From positions 342,133-406,132 of the forward strand of contig OZ242305.1 of the NCBI GenBank assembly GCA_965207785.1: DNA of 64,000 nt, in the 5' to 3' direction. This stretch comes from Alphaproteobacteria bacterium. GTDB lineage: Bacteria > Pseudomonadota > Alphaproteobacteria > SP197. This document shows positions 55,909-64,000 of this stretch, one piece after another. A program made the translations under genes and the position numbers. The notes under the pieces were generated by a model, which was not told the origin of the DNA, made no database searches, and saw nothing but the letters and a program-made list of their open reading frames with translations. Numbering within the stretch: position 1 is the stretch's first letter; each line of letters opens with the position of its first letter.

Positions 55909-57501
55909 TCAGGTGGCGTCGTCCTTCCACTCGAAGTCCGCCACGTACCACAAGGCGCCATTGGGTTGTATCGCCGGTTCCAGGTCCTCGTGATACATCA
56001 CGCCCTGGGGCGGGAAAATGAGCCAGACATAGGCGCCGGTGTCCTCCATCATCTCCTGCATCCTGACGTAAATTTCGTGACGCCTGGCCTCGTCGGTCTC
56101 GCCCAGGCCGGCCGCGTACAGTTCATCGAACTGGGGGTCGGACCAACGTTCCCAGTTCCAGATGCCGACCTGATCGGAGATGTACCACTGGACCATCTGG
56201 CTGGGATCGGGCGAGTCGCCGTATTCTATGATCCACAACTCCAGGTCCTTCCACTCGTCGCCCTCGGTTTCCAGGCCAAGATTCCAGAACGGGCCCGCGT
56301 CCATGGGAACGACTTCGAGTTCCAGACCGACATCGGCCAGGTTCGCCTGGATGATCTGGGCGGCCGCAATACGGTCGGCGCTGTTGATCGTTTTCAGGGT
56401 CAGCTTGCGGCCTTCCGCACCGGCTTCGGCAATCAGCGCGCGTGCCGCATCCGGATCGGGCGTCTCGTACTTGCCCTCGGTGCGGTACCCGATCAACCCC
56501 GGAGGCACGATGCCGTAGGCGCGCGTCGGCACACCGGCCCAGGCGCCCTCGATGACCGAATCGACATCGACCGCATGCTGGATGGCCCTTCGAACCCGGA
56601 TGTCCTGCAGATTGGGATGATCGGTATTCATGCCCATCCAGTACCATGCGGTGCCCGAGTAGACCTTGACGATGGCGCCTTCAGGCGGGTCTTCCTGAAG
56701 CCGCGGGATCGCGTCGATGGCGATTTCGGTGATGTCGATTTCACCGGCCTCGAAGGCGATCTCGGCTGTTTTCTCCTCATCGATGATGAAGAACTTGACG
56801 TTGGAGATGGCGGCCGGCCGACCGCCCCAGTGCGGGTTCGGTTCCAGCGTGTAGCTCTGTTTCTGCATCCACTCGGCGACCCGATAGGGACCGCAATAGA
56901 AATTGAAGATGCCGTCGTATGTGCCACCGACCGCCTCGACCGCCTTCCTCGAGACGATCGAGCCCGTGCCGTCACAGAACCAGGTGTACCAGATCGGAGC
57001 GAATGGCTGATTGAGGTGGATGATGCCGGTGTGGCTGCCGGTCACCTCGACATGGTCAAGCGTGACCGCCTTGTCCTTCCACTCCGATACGCGCATGCGC
57101 TCGAGTGAGTACTTGACATCTTCCGCATCGAGTTCAGCGATGACCTCATGCGTCGTGCCATCGTACCACATGATTCCCGGTTTCAGTTCGAAGCTGATGG
57201 TCTGGGCGTCGACCTGTTCGATTGAATTTACGAACTGACTTGGTCTCCAGCCCCAGCTGTCGCCGCCGGTGTAGTCCGCCAGCCGAGCCAGGCAGGTGAA
57301 CTGCAGGACCATCTCGAAGCCACCGATCATGTAGCCGGGATCGGTCGACAGAATCGCTCGATTGCTGCGTATCCTGAGCGGCCTCTCCGACTGCGCCCAG
57401 GCGCTTGTCGGGTCCATCAGGAAACTGGCGAACCCGGCGGCAGCGACGGATGTCGCCGATGCCTGCATCAGGTGGCGGCGTGAAAAATGCATCTCTGTCA
57501 T
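55909..57501 (-). CDS. ABC transporter substrate-binding protein, family 5 (DppA/OppA-like), Tat-like signal
   Basis: SRRHLMQASATSVAAAGFASF signal region. ATG 57501 after GGGAGG. Confidence 0.8.
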   Translation of the reverse strand: MTEMHFSRRHLMQASATSVAAAGFASFLMDPTSAWAQSERPLRIRSNRAILSTDPGYMIGGFEMVLQFTCLARLADYTGGDSWGWRPSQFVNSIEQVDAQTISFELKPGIMWYDGTTHEVIAELDAEDVKYSLERMRVSEWKDKAVTLDHVEVTGSHTGIIHLNQPFAPIWYTWFCDGTGSIVSRKAVEAVGGTYDGIFNFYCGPYRVAEWMQKQSYTLEPNPHWGGRPAAISNVKFFIIDEEKTAEIAFEAGEIDITEIAIDAIPRLQEDPPEGAIVKVYSGTAWYWMGMNTDHPNLQDIRVRRAIQHAVDVDSVIEGAWAGVPTRAYGIVPPGLIGYRTEGKYETPDPDAARALIAEAGAEGRKLTLKTINSADRIAAAQIIQANLADVGLELEVVPMDAGPFWNLGLETEGDEWKDLELWIIEYGDSPDPSQMVQWYISDQVGIWNWERWSDPQFDELYAAGLGETDEARRHEIYVRMQEMMEDTGAYVWLIFPPQGVMYHEDLEPAIQPNGALWYVADFEWKDDAT

Positions 57502-57804
57502 GGAAGCCTCCCTGCTTCTGACGTGGATGCAGGAAATCATCATAATTTTGTGACCTTTCGTCAAGAATTTGATCCCTAGTCTGATACGGGCAAGGGAGGT
57601 CAATACCATTGCTCACGTCGGTCTTGGCGACGGACCCGAATTGCGTCGTCCAAAGTGACGACACCTGCTTTCTGCGGTGGGCCAATTCCGGGGCGACGCC
57701 CAAGGTCAGATTAATCCGATGCGCTCCCGGAGGTCCGCACTTCGTTGCGGTGCCATGCCGGGATCAATCTTGCCGGGACTTGTCTGGCGAACCGGACGGG
57801 ACGG

Positions 57805-59037
57805 CTAGCGACGGATGAGTTGGCGGGCGGCGGCGAAGCAGCCGTAGAGGATGACGGCGATGATGAGGGATCCGACGAATCCGTGCGGCCCGAATTCCTC
57901 CATTGACATGCCGACCATCAGTGGCCCTACCATGCCTCCGATCCCGAAGAGAAGCGAAAACACGGCGTTGGCCGCAACGAGGTCGACTGAACGAAAGCGT
58001 TGCCCCAGCAGGGTGATGCCGACGGTGAAGACGGCGCCCATGGCGCCGCCCCAGACGACGATGACCGACCACAGGAGGAGGCCCGGTCCGCTCCACCAGG
58101 GTCCTGCGCCGCCATGGAGGAGCCAGGGCAGGGGCGCCAGACAGGCTGCGATGACGAAGACGCATCCGACCAGCAACCAACCCCGGTGCACACGGTCGGC
58201 CAGCCAACCGACAGGATACTGGAAGAAGATGGCGCCGACCGATCCCACCCAGATGACGCCGTACCCCGTCTGGCGGAACTCCTCTCCGAGCACATCCATG
58301 GTGTAGAGGTGGGCGAAGGACTGCAGCCCTCCCTCGAGAATGCCGAACATCGCCGATGACAACAGTACGGTCGGCGCCGCCAGGAACACGATCATGAGAC
58401 GGCCGATGCCGGAATGGGCACGATCTTCGACAGGAAAGGTGAACGTGATCCTGCGGGTTGGCAGGAGCAGCACGGACGTGATGAGGACCGATGACAGTCC
58501 GATCAGGAAGGGCCAGGCGGTCTCCGGGTCAAGGCTGGCGCCGACCACGGGTCCCACGGCCCAGCCCGCCATGCCGACGGTGGTGTAAACTCCCACCCAC
58601 CTCCCCCGGACGCGATCATCGAGAATCTGGTTGATCCAGGTATCGCCGGCGGTGAAGAGCAGTGCGTTGCCGATACCGAGCAGGAATCTCAGCGCGCACC
58701 AGGCGGTGTAGTCGCGCCAGAGCGGCAAACCGATGAGTGCGATGGCGGCCAGAACAAGGCCGGCACCGATCGATCCCAGGATTCCCAGCGCCGGAATGAA
58801 GCGGGTGGCGACAAGGGACACGATAGCGATACCGGCGAACTGCACGGCGGCGCTGATGCTGATCTCGGTCTCGCTGTACCCCCTGTTGCTCAGGGACTCG
58901 GCAAGAATGGGCCACACCAGCGAACTCGTCATGCTGACGACAGACAGTGCCGCAATCAGCAGGACCAGGCATCGTCGTCTGTCGCCAGGCGACAGACGAA
59001 TCTCAGACGTGATCGATCCGCTGTCTGTCACGGACAT
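57805..59037 (-). CDS. MFS transporter
   Basis: 12 TM with an LDDRVRGRW loop 2-3 motif. Confidence 0.8.
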   Translation of the reverse strand: MSVTDSGSITSEIRLSPGDRRRCLVLLIAALSVVSMTSSLVWPILAESLSNRGYSETEISISAAVQFAGIAIVSLVATRFIPALGILGSIGAGLVLAAIALIGLPLWRDYTAWCALRFLLGIGNALLFTAGDTWINQILDDRVRGRWVGVYTTVGMAGWAVGPVVGASLDPETAWPFLIGLSSVLITSVLLLPTRRITFTFPVEDRAHSGIGRLMIVFLAAPTVLLSSAMFGILEGGLQSFAHLYTMDVLGEEFRQTGYGVIWVGSVGAIFFQYPVGWLADRVHRGWLLVGCVFVIAACLAPLPWLLHGGAGPWWSGPGLLLWSVIVVWGGAMGAVFTVGITLLGQRFRSVDLVAANAVFSLLFGIGGMVGPLMVGMSMEEFGPHGFVGSLIIAVILYGCFAAARQLIRR

Positions 59038-59704
59038 AGTGCACGAAGGGAATGGTGGCGGGCTTCAGTCCAAGTGCCCGACCCCGCCAGCGCTGTTGCG
59101 CCGTCGTCAGGGCGAGTTCCGTGACGTCGATGATCGGCAGGTCAAAGGCCTCGTCGAGAGGCAGCCAGTGAAGGTCCTCGAGCTCCCCGTCAACGAGCAG
59201 GTCACCTTCGCAGGCCGCGCCATCGGCGAGAAAGAAGCGCGTGTTGAAGCGCCTTGGCGACAGGGTCGGCGTGAGGGCCCGCATGATGTAATCGAGAGCG
59301 GCCACGTCCGGCATCATGCCAGCCTCCCGGCAGGCGCTCCAGAAGGGCGTCGAGGGCAGGGGGTCGAACGCGTCTGCTGAAGCAGCTCTCCCCAGAAGAT
59401 ACCCCGTTTCCTCGTGGGTTTCGCGAATGGCGGCCAATGCAAGGGCCAACGGGGAGGTGTTCGGGGTATCGCGTCTCAGGGTGCGTTCGGTCTCCGACGA
59501 CAGGCGAAACCGGACGTCCGCAACACTCCTGTCGGCAGCATCGACGCGGCCCCCGGGGAACACGTAGATATCCGGAAGGAACCGAGCACGCTTGCGGCGG
59601 CGTCCCATCAGCACCTCGACCATGTCGCCGGCTTCGCGCAGAAGGACAATGCTGGCAGCATCGCGCGGCCTGGCGGCTCGCGCCGGTTGCGAACTCCGGC
59701 CCAT
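59003..59704 (-). CDS. NUDIX hydrolase
   Basis: Nudix box remnant GGRVD...AAIRETHEETGYLLG. Confidence 0.75.
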   Translation of the reverse strand: MGRSSQPARAARPRDAASIVLLREAGDMVEVLMGRRRKRARFLPDIYVFPGGRVDAADRSVADVRFRLSSETERTLRRDTPNTSPLALALAAIRETHEETGYLLGRAASADAFDPLPSTPFWSACREAGMMPDVAALDYIMRALTPTLSPRRFNTRFFLADGAACEGDLLVDGELEDLHWLPLDEAFDLPIIDVTELALTTAQQRWRGRALGLKPATIPFVHYVRDRQRIDHV

Positions 59705-59728
59705 TGAAGGCGGATCAGACGGATCGTG

Positions 59729-59992
59729 TCAGACGAGAATGCTGCGGCCGGCTTCGGTCAGCCGGCAGACCAGCCAGTCAGGCTTGATGGGATTGGTGAT
59801 CCAGGGTTCCGCCCACCCCTGGCGTATGCAGCTTCGTATGGTACGGGGATCGACTTCGCGGCCGACCTCGTCGAACAGCGGCAGCTTGCCACCGGGCTGG
59901 TCGAGTCCCTTCATCAGCCAGCGTTTCTGGACGATGGTGGGACGACCATGAACACCGCGATCATCGCTGCGAATCTCTCTGGCCAATGCCAT
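59729..59992 (-). CDS. conserved hypothetical small soluble protein
   Basis: 87-aa ORF from MALAREI (ATG 59992 after GGGAGGA). No family recognised. Confidence 0.45.
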   Translation of the reverse strand: MALAREIRSDDRGVHGRPTIVQKRWLMKGLDQPGGKLPLFDEVGREVDPRTIRSCIRQGWAEPWITNPIKPDWLVCRLTEAGRSILV

Positions 59993-60061
59993 GGCGTCCT
60001 CCCGTCCGGCACAATTCATGATGCATCGCCGGGAGAACTTCGTCAAACGACAATGCGCCAC

Positions 60062-60116
60062 ATAAACTTATCTCTCTAACCGTCGTTAAATAAATAAATA
60101 TATTATTGTCCCTATT
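60062..60116. other. strongly AT-rich intergenic island
   Basis: About 23% GC by hand count (13 G+C in the 56 nt of 60062-60117, which includes the first base of the rnr stop), contains TTAAATAAATAAATATATTATTG, lies between the rnr stop and the next gene. Confidence 0.6.
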
Positions 60117-62033
60117 TCAAGAACGGACAAGAGTGTAGAGCAGGGAGGCGTTGTTTATGTCGCATTCTGCAAGTCTTACTTGAACTCTCTGACCAAGGGC
60201 GTACCGCATTGTCTTGCCGTGCAATGTCTGACGTGATTCCTGATAACGGAAGGGACCGCCCGGCAGGTGGCGCGCGGGCACCAGCCCTTCGGCCTCGATG
60301 GGTCCGGCCCTGACGATGATGCCGAACCGGCCGATGCCCGATATGCAGCCCTTCATGACGGCATGCTCATGGGCCGCAAGCCACCGGGCGACATAGTGAT
60401 CACCTGCATGCCTTTCTGCGCCGACGGCCCTGCGTTCCATGGCTCCGAGATGGCGGCCCGCACGGTCAAGATCATCGGGAACCGGTTCACCAAGGAGTGC
60501 GCGATGGATCAGGAGATCGGCATAGCGTCTGATCGGCGAGGTGAAATGGCAGTACTGGTCGAGTGCGAGGCCGAAGTGTCCGATGTTGTGCGGGCTGTAT
60601 GCCGCCAGCGCCTGACAACGCAGCACGATGTCCTCGACCGTCTGGCGTTCGCCGGTATCGGCGGCACGATCCAGAACACGGGCAAGATCACCAGGGGAGG
60701 GGCGGCGTGCCTCGAGGGAACCATGGCCGCGCATCGAAAGGAATGTGCGCAGGGCTTCCAGTCTTTCATCGCTGGGCCGGTCATGAACCCGGAACAGGCA
60801 TGCCTTGCCGCGCAAAGCGAGTTCCCGGGCCGCCGCGACATTGGCCGCGATCATCAGTTCCTCGATGAGACGATGGCTGTCCAGGCGGTGTCTGAGAACG
60901 ATCTCGCTGATGTGGCCATGACTGTCGAAGGTGACCCTGCGTTCTCCCCGCTCGATCTCGAAGGCGCCGCGCTGACGTCTTGCGTCGAGAAGAACCCGGA
61001 ATACACCGTAGAGATGGTCGATCAGACAGTAAGGCAGAACGGAGGTTGCGGGCGATGGACGTCCGCTGCGATGTTGCTCGACCTCGGCGTAGGTGAGTCG
61101 CGCCCGCGAGCACATGACCGCCCGCTGGAAGTTCCAGCGCTGCAGCTTCCCTCGGCTCGTGATCCACAGGTGAGCAGCCACGCAGGAACGCGGCACTCCG
61201 GGCTTGAGGGAACACAGTTCGTTGGAGAGCACCTCCGGCAGCATGGGCACTACGCGGTCCGGAAAATAGACGGAGTTGCCCCGCAGGAAGGCTTCCCGGT
61301 CGAGGGCACTTGCCGGCCGGACATGGTGTGCGACATCGGCAATGGCGACGATGACGTACCAGCCGTCACCGTCCGGTTCCGCAAAGACGGCGTCGTCGTG
61401 ATCCCGGGCATCGTCATCGTCGATGGTGACCAGCGGGATGGCGCCAAGATCGCTGCGGTCTTCTTCGTCGTCTGCAGCCGCCGCGGCCTCAGCCTCGGCA
61501 AGGACGTTGTCCGGAAACTCGAGAGGGATGCCGTGTGCGGCGATGGCGGCAATGCTGATGGCGCCGGCATTCTTCCAGCTGCCAAATGTCCTGGTGATGC
61601 GGACCCGGGGCGGGCCGAGTCGCCCGTCGTCGATGGGCTCTGCCAGGACCAGGTCGTCGTGACTCACGGAGTCGACGTCGCATGCCGCAACCGCCGAGGT
61701 GCGGTCTTCGCGACGGCTGGTGCTGGCAATGAAACGGCTGCGTCCGATGTGCTGGTAGATGCCGGCTATTCTGGCCGGAGGCCGGGGAAGAATGCGGCGC
61801 AGCCTGCCATGGCGTCGTCCATCGCTCGTTCTGCGCCGGACCGAGACCAGGGCAAGATCTCCGATTCCGGCCGCAGGGGACCTCCCGCCGCCGACCATGT
61901 CGAGCACGATGAGTGGCGGCGCTCCGCGACCGGTCCACTTGACGGGACGCGCCAACAGATGACCTTCTTCGTCGAGATCGATGACCTCGACAACGATGTC
62001 ACGCCGGTCATGGTCCCCGGAACGGCGGCCCAT
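60117..62033 (-). CDS. rnr: ribonuclease R (RNB family exoribonuclease with C-terminal S1 domain)
   Basis: RNB motifs TIDDDDARDHDDAV, NSVYFPDRVVPMLP and HFGLALDQYCHFTSPIRRYADL. ATG 62033 lies just after the topA stop; a non-ATG start further upstream cannot be excluded. Confidence 0.85.
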   Translation of the reverse strand: MGRRSGDHDRRDIVVEVIDLDEEGHLLARPVKWTGRGAPPLIVLDMVGGGRSPAAGIGDLALVSVRRRTSDGRRHGRLRRILPRPPARIAGIYQHIGRSRFIASTSRREDRTSAVAACDVDSVSHDDLVLAEPIDDGRLGPPRVRITRTFGSWKNAGAISIAAIAAHGIPLEFPDNVLAEAEAAAAADDEEDRSDLGAIPLVTIDDDDARDHDDAVFAEPDGDGWYVIVAIADVAHHVRPASALDREAFLRGNSVYFPDRVVPMLPEVLSNELCSLKPGVPRSCVAAHLWITSRGKLQRWNFQRAVMCSRARLTYAEVEQHRSGRPSPATSVLPYCLIDHLYGVFRVLLDARRQRGAFEIERGERRVTFDSHGHISEIVLRHRLDSHRLIEELMIAANVAAARELALRGKACLFRVHDRPSDERLEALRTFLSMRGHGSLEARRPSPGDLARVLDRAADTGERQTVEDIVLRCQALAAYSPHNIGHFGLALDQYCHFTSPIRRYADLLIHRALLGEPVPDDLDRAGRHLGAMERRAVGAERHAGDHYVARWLAAHEHAVMKGCISGIGRFGIIVRAGPIEAEGLVPARHLPGGPFRYQESRQTLHGKTMRYALGQRVQVRLAECDINNASLLYTLVRS

Positions 62034-62035
62034 TC

Positions 62036-64000
62036 TCAGGTGGTGCGAACGGATTTCCTGGCCTTCCGTGGCGGCTTTCGCCGACTCTTCGGCGCAGCCT
62101 TCCTGCGAGCGAGAAGATCGAGCGCCATCTCGAGAGTGACATCGCCGGGATCGATGCCTGCAGGAAGCGAAGCATTGGTCCGGTTGTGCCGGACATAGGG
62201 GCCGTAACGCCCCTTCATCACCTCGACAGACTTCTGATCGTCCGGATGTTCGCCAAGCACCCGGAGAGCCTGCCCTCCCTTTCGGGTGTTTCCGCTTTCG
62301 GCGATCAACGACACGGCTCTGTTGAGACCTATCGTGAGCACGTCGTCGTCCTGGAGATTGATGTAACGCGAACCGTGTTTCAGGTAGGGACCGTATCGCC
62401 CGATACCGGCCGCGATGACGGACCCCGTTTCGGGATGCTCGCCGACTTCCCTGGGAAGCGCGAGGAGCGCCAGGGCTGTCTCGAGCGTCATCGTCGATGG
62501 CGGCATGGATGCGGGAACCGAGACCGTCGCCGAGCCGGATCCGGCCTCGCCCTTGCGGACGTAGGGCCCGAACTTGCCATGGCGCAGGGTGACGGGAAGA
62601 CCGGTTTGCGGCTCCTCGCCAAGGACGCGCGGTTCGTTGTCCTCCGGGGCGGCATTGCCGTTCCTGTCGAAGGGATTCTTGGTGTAGCGGCAGTCCGGAT
62701 ACGCCGAACAGCCGATGAAGGCGCCGAACTTGCCCAGTTTCAGATTGAGAGTGCCGTCCTTGCACGACGGGCAGGCACGCCGGTTCCCGTCACCCTGGTC
62801 CGGATAGATGTCGTCTTCCAGAATTCTCTCGATACTCTCGACGATGTGCCGCAGGTCGAGGTTCCGGGTGTCGCGCGTCACTCTTTCAAAGGCGTCCCAG
62901 AATTCACGCAGCACGGCCTTCCAGTTCGCGTTCCCGTTGGAGATTCGGTCGAGGTCCTGCTCCATGTCCGCCGTGAAGGTGTACTGCACGTAGGTTCCGA
63001 AGAAGGTCTCGAGGAAGGCGACGAGCAGGCGTCCGCGGTCAGCCGGATGGAACTGCCTGCGTTCGAGCGTGACGTACTCCTTGTCCTTCAGGACTCCGAT
63101 GATGGGCGCATAGGTCGAGGGCCTGCCTATGCCGAGTTCCTCGAGGCGCTTGACGAGGGTGGCCTCGGTGAGCCGCGGTGGCGGTTCCGTGAAGTGCTGT
63201 TGCGGCCTGACCTCGCGGACCTCGAGGCGGTCCCCTTCTGCAAGATCCGGCAATCTCCTGTCGCCCGAGTCGCTTTCCTTCCCGTCGGTCGATTCACGGT
63301 AAAGCCTGGTGAAGCCGTCGAAGACCATCACCGAGCCGCTGGCGCGCAATCCGATGTCGCGACCGCCGAGGCCGTCGACGGGCGACCTGATGTCGACAGT
63401 GGTCTGGTCGAAACGAACCTCGGCCATCTGGCTGGCGAGGGCCCGCTTCCAGATGAGCGCGTAGAGCCGTGCTTCCCTGTCCTCGAGATATCGCGCCATC
63501 GCCTCGGGAGTTCGGCCGAAGTCCGTCGGCCTGATGGCCTCGTGCGCCTCCTGGGCGTTGCGCGCCCGGGTCGTGAAGGTCCGCTGTCGGTCCGGCAGGT
63601 AGGCGCCGCCGAACGAGTCGGCAATGAGACGCCGCGCGTCCCGGATCGCCGCCTGGGACATGACGACGCTGTCTGTGCGCATGTAGGTGATGAGGCCGGT
63701 CGTCTCGCCCCCGATGTCACGTCCCTCATAGAGGCGCTGGGCCTGGCGCATGGTGTCCTGGACACTGAAACCGAACCTGCGCGAGGCATCCTGCTGCAGG
63801 GTGGATGTGGTGAAGGGGGGCGGAGGATTTCGTTTCGCCTTCTTGCGCTCCACGGAGTCGACGGCGAACGCGCCGTCCTGCACGCTGGCGGCAGCCTCAC
63901 CGGCCATCGCTTCGCCGGTCAGGGTGAACTTCTCGAGCCGGACGCCATCGAGGCTATGGAGCCGTGCGGTGAACAATGCACCGCCTGGCGTTCCCAGATC
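62036..64000 (-). CDS. topA: DNA topoisomerase I, partial (N-terminus beyond the window end)
   Basis: ITYMRTDSVVMS active-site tyrosine region, zinc-ribbon repeats (CPSCKDGTL, CSAYPDCRY), basic C-terminal tail. Confidence 0.9.
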   Translation of the reverse strand, partial: DLGTPGGALFTARLHSLDGVRLEKFTLTGEAMAGEAAASVQDGAFAVDSVERKKAKRNPPPPFTTSTLQQDASRRFGFSVQDTMRQAQRLYEGRDIGGETTGLITYMRTDSVVMSQAAIRDARRLIADSFGGAYLPDRQRTFTTRARNAQEAHEAIRPTDFGRTPEAMARYLEDREARLYALIWKRALASQMAEVRFDQTTVDIRSPVDGLGGRDIGLRASGSVMVFDGFTRLYRESTDGKESDSGDRRLPDLAEGDRLEVREVRPQQHFTEPPPRLTEATLVKRLEELGIGRPSTYAPIIGVLKDKEYVTLERRQFHPADRGRLLVAFLETFFGTYVQYTFTADMEQDLDRISNGNANWKAVLREFWDAFERVTRDTRNLDLRHIVESIERILEDDIYPDQGDGNRRACPSCKDGTLNLKLGKFGAFIGCSAYPDCRYTKNPFDRNGNAAPEDNEPRVLGEEPQTGLPVTLRHGKFGPYVRKGEAGSGSATVSVPASMPPSTMTLETALALLALPREVGEHPETGSVIAAGIGRYGPYLKHGSRYINLQDDDVLTIGLNRAVSLIAESGNTRKGGQALRVLGEHPDDQKSVEVMKGRYGPYVRHNRTNASLPAGIDPGDVTLEMALDLLARRKAAPKSRRKPPRKARKSVRTT

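Noticed and set aside
55828-57108. 426-aa plus-strand ORF
   Set aside because: Antisense to the family-5 SBP gene, with no domain resemblance.
62034-62765. Upstream extension of the rnr ORF (882 aa in the track)
   Set aside because: It overlaps the 3' end of topA in another frame and translates to R/G/S-rich sequence. RNase R-like sequence starts near ATG 62033. A modest upstream non-ATG start remains possible.
1-64000. CRISPR arrays, IS elements, integrases, toxin-antitoxin pairs, restriction-modification or other canonical defence systems
   Set aside because: None recognised in any of the translated ORFs or in the intergenic regions I inspected. A proper HMM scan (for example DefenseFinder/PADLOC) would be needed to exclude divergent systems.

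Overview
Gene-dense, high-GC (about 60-66% by hand counts on sampled 60-nt lines) chromosomal segment. It looks alphaproteobacterial: a topA-rnr-NUDIX-MFS...rpmG backbone and a DUF1849/EipB-like gene. I found no transposase, integrase, CRISPR array or rRNA. Most of the window is transport and catabolism. It holds a tRNA-Leu(GAG) followed directly by mgtE, then a dgcN/dgcA-like pair, an ArdC-like gene and putA. Next come amine oxidase, amidohydrolase, Fe-ADH and nucleoside hydrolase genes, then an IclR-controlled sugar-acid type operon (Gfo/Idh/MocA, TPP enzyme, IlvD/Edd dehydratase, GMC oxidoreductase). That operon is divergent from a sugar ABC transporter whose ATPase gene carries a 1-nt frameshift. 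A further cluster holds GGT, hydantoinase/oxoprolinase, a creatinase-like protein and two solute-binding proteins with no permease or ATPase nearby. The most interesting part is a tightly packed minus-strand gene string (17153 down to 4205). It begins as a sugar-type ABC transporter with three odd features: a duplicated ATPase fused in frame to a PEBP/YbhB domain, an SCP2-like protein plus an alpha/beta hydrolase inserted between ATPase and permeases, and extra TM helices on both permeases. Ten nt after the last permease it continues into a proteorhodopsin-family homolog that lacks the retinal Schiff-base lysine and the helix-C carboxylate. A long flotillin/SPFH protein, a small 4-TM protein and a sodium:solute-symporter-like transporter follow. 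This resembles the reported flotillin-associated rhodopsin (FArhodopsin) theme, but in a high-GC genome and joined to lipid-binding and hydrolase domains. I propose it as a candidate membrane-microdomain/lipid-handling module. All calls rest on reading the supplied translations and DNA by eye; no searches were run.
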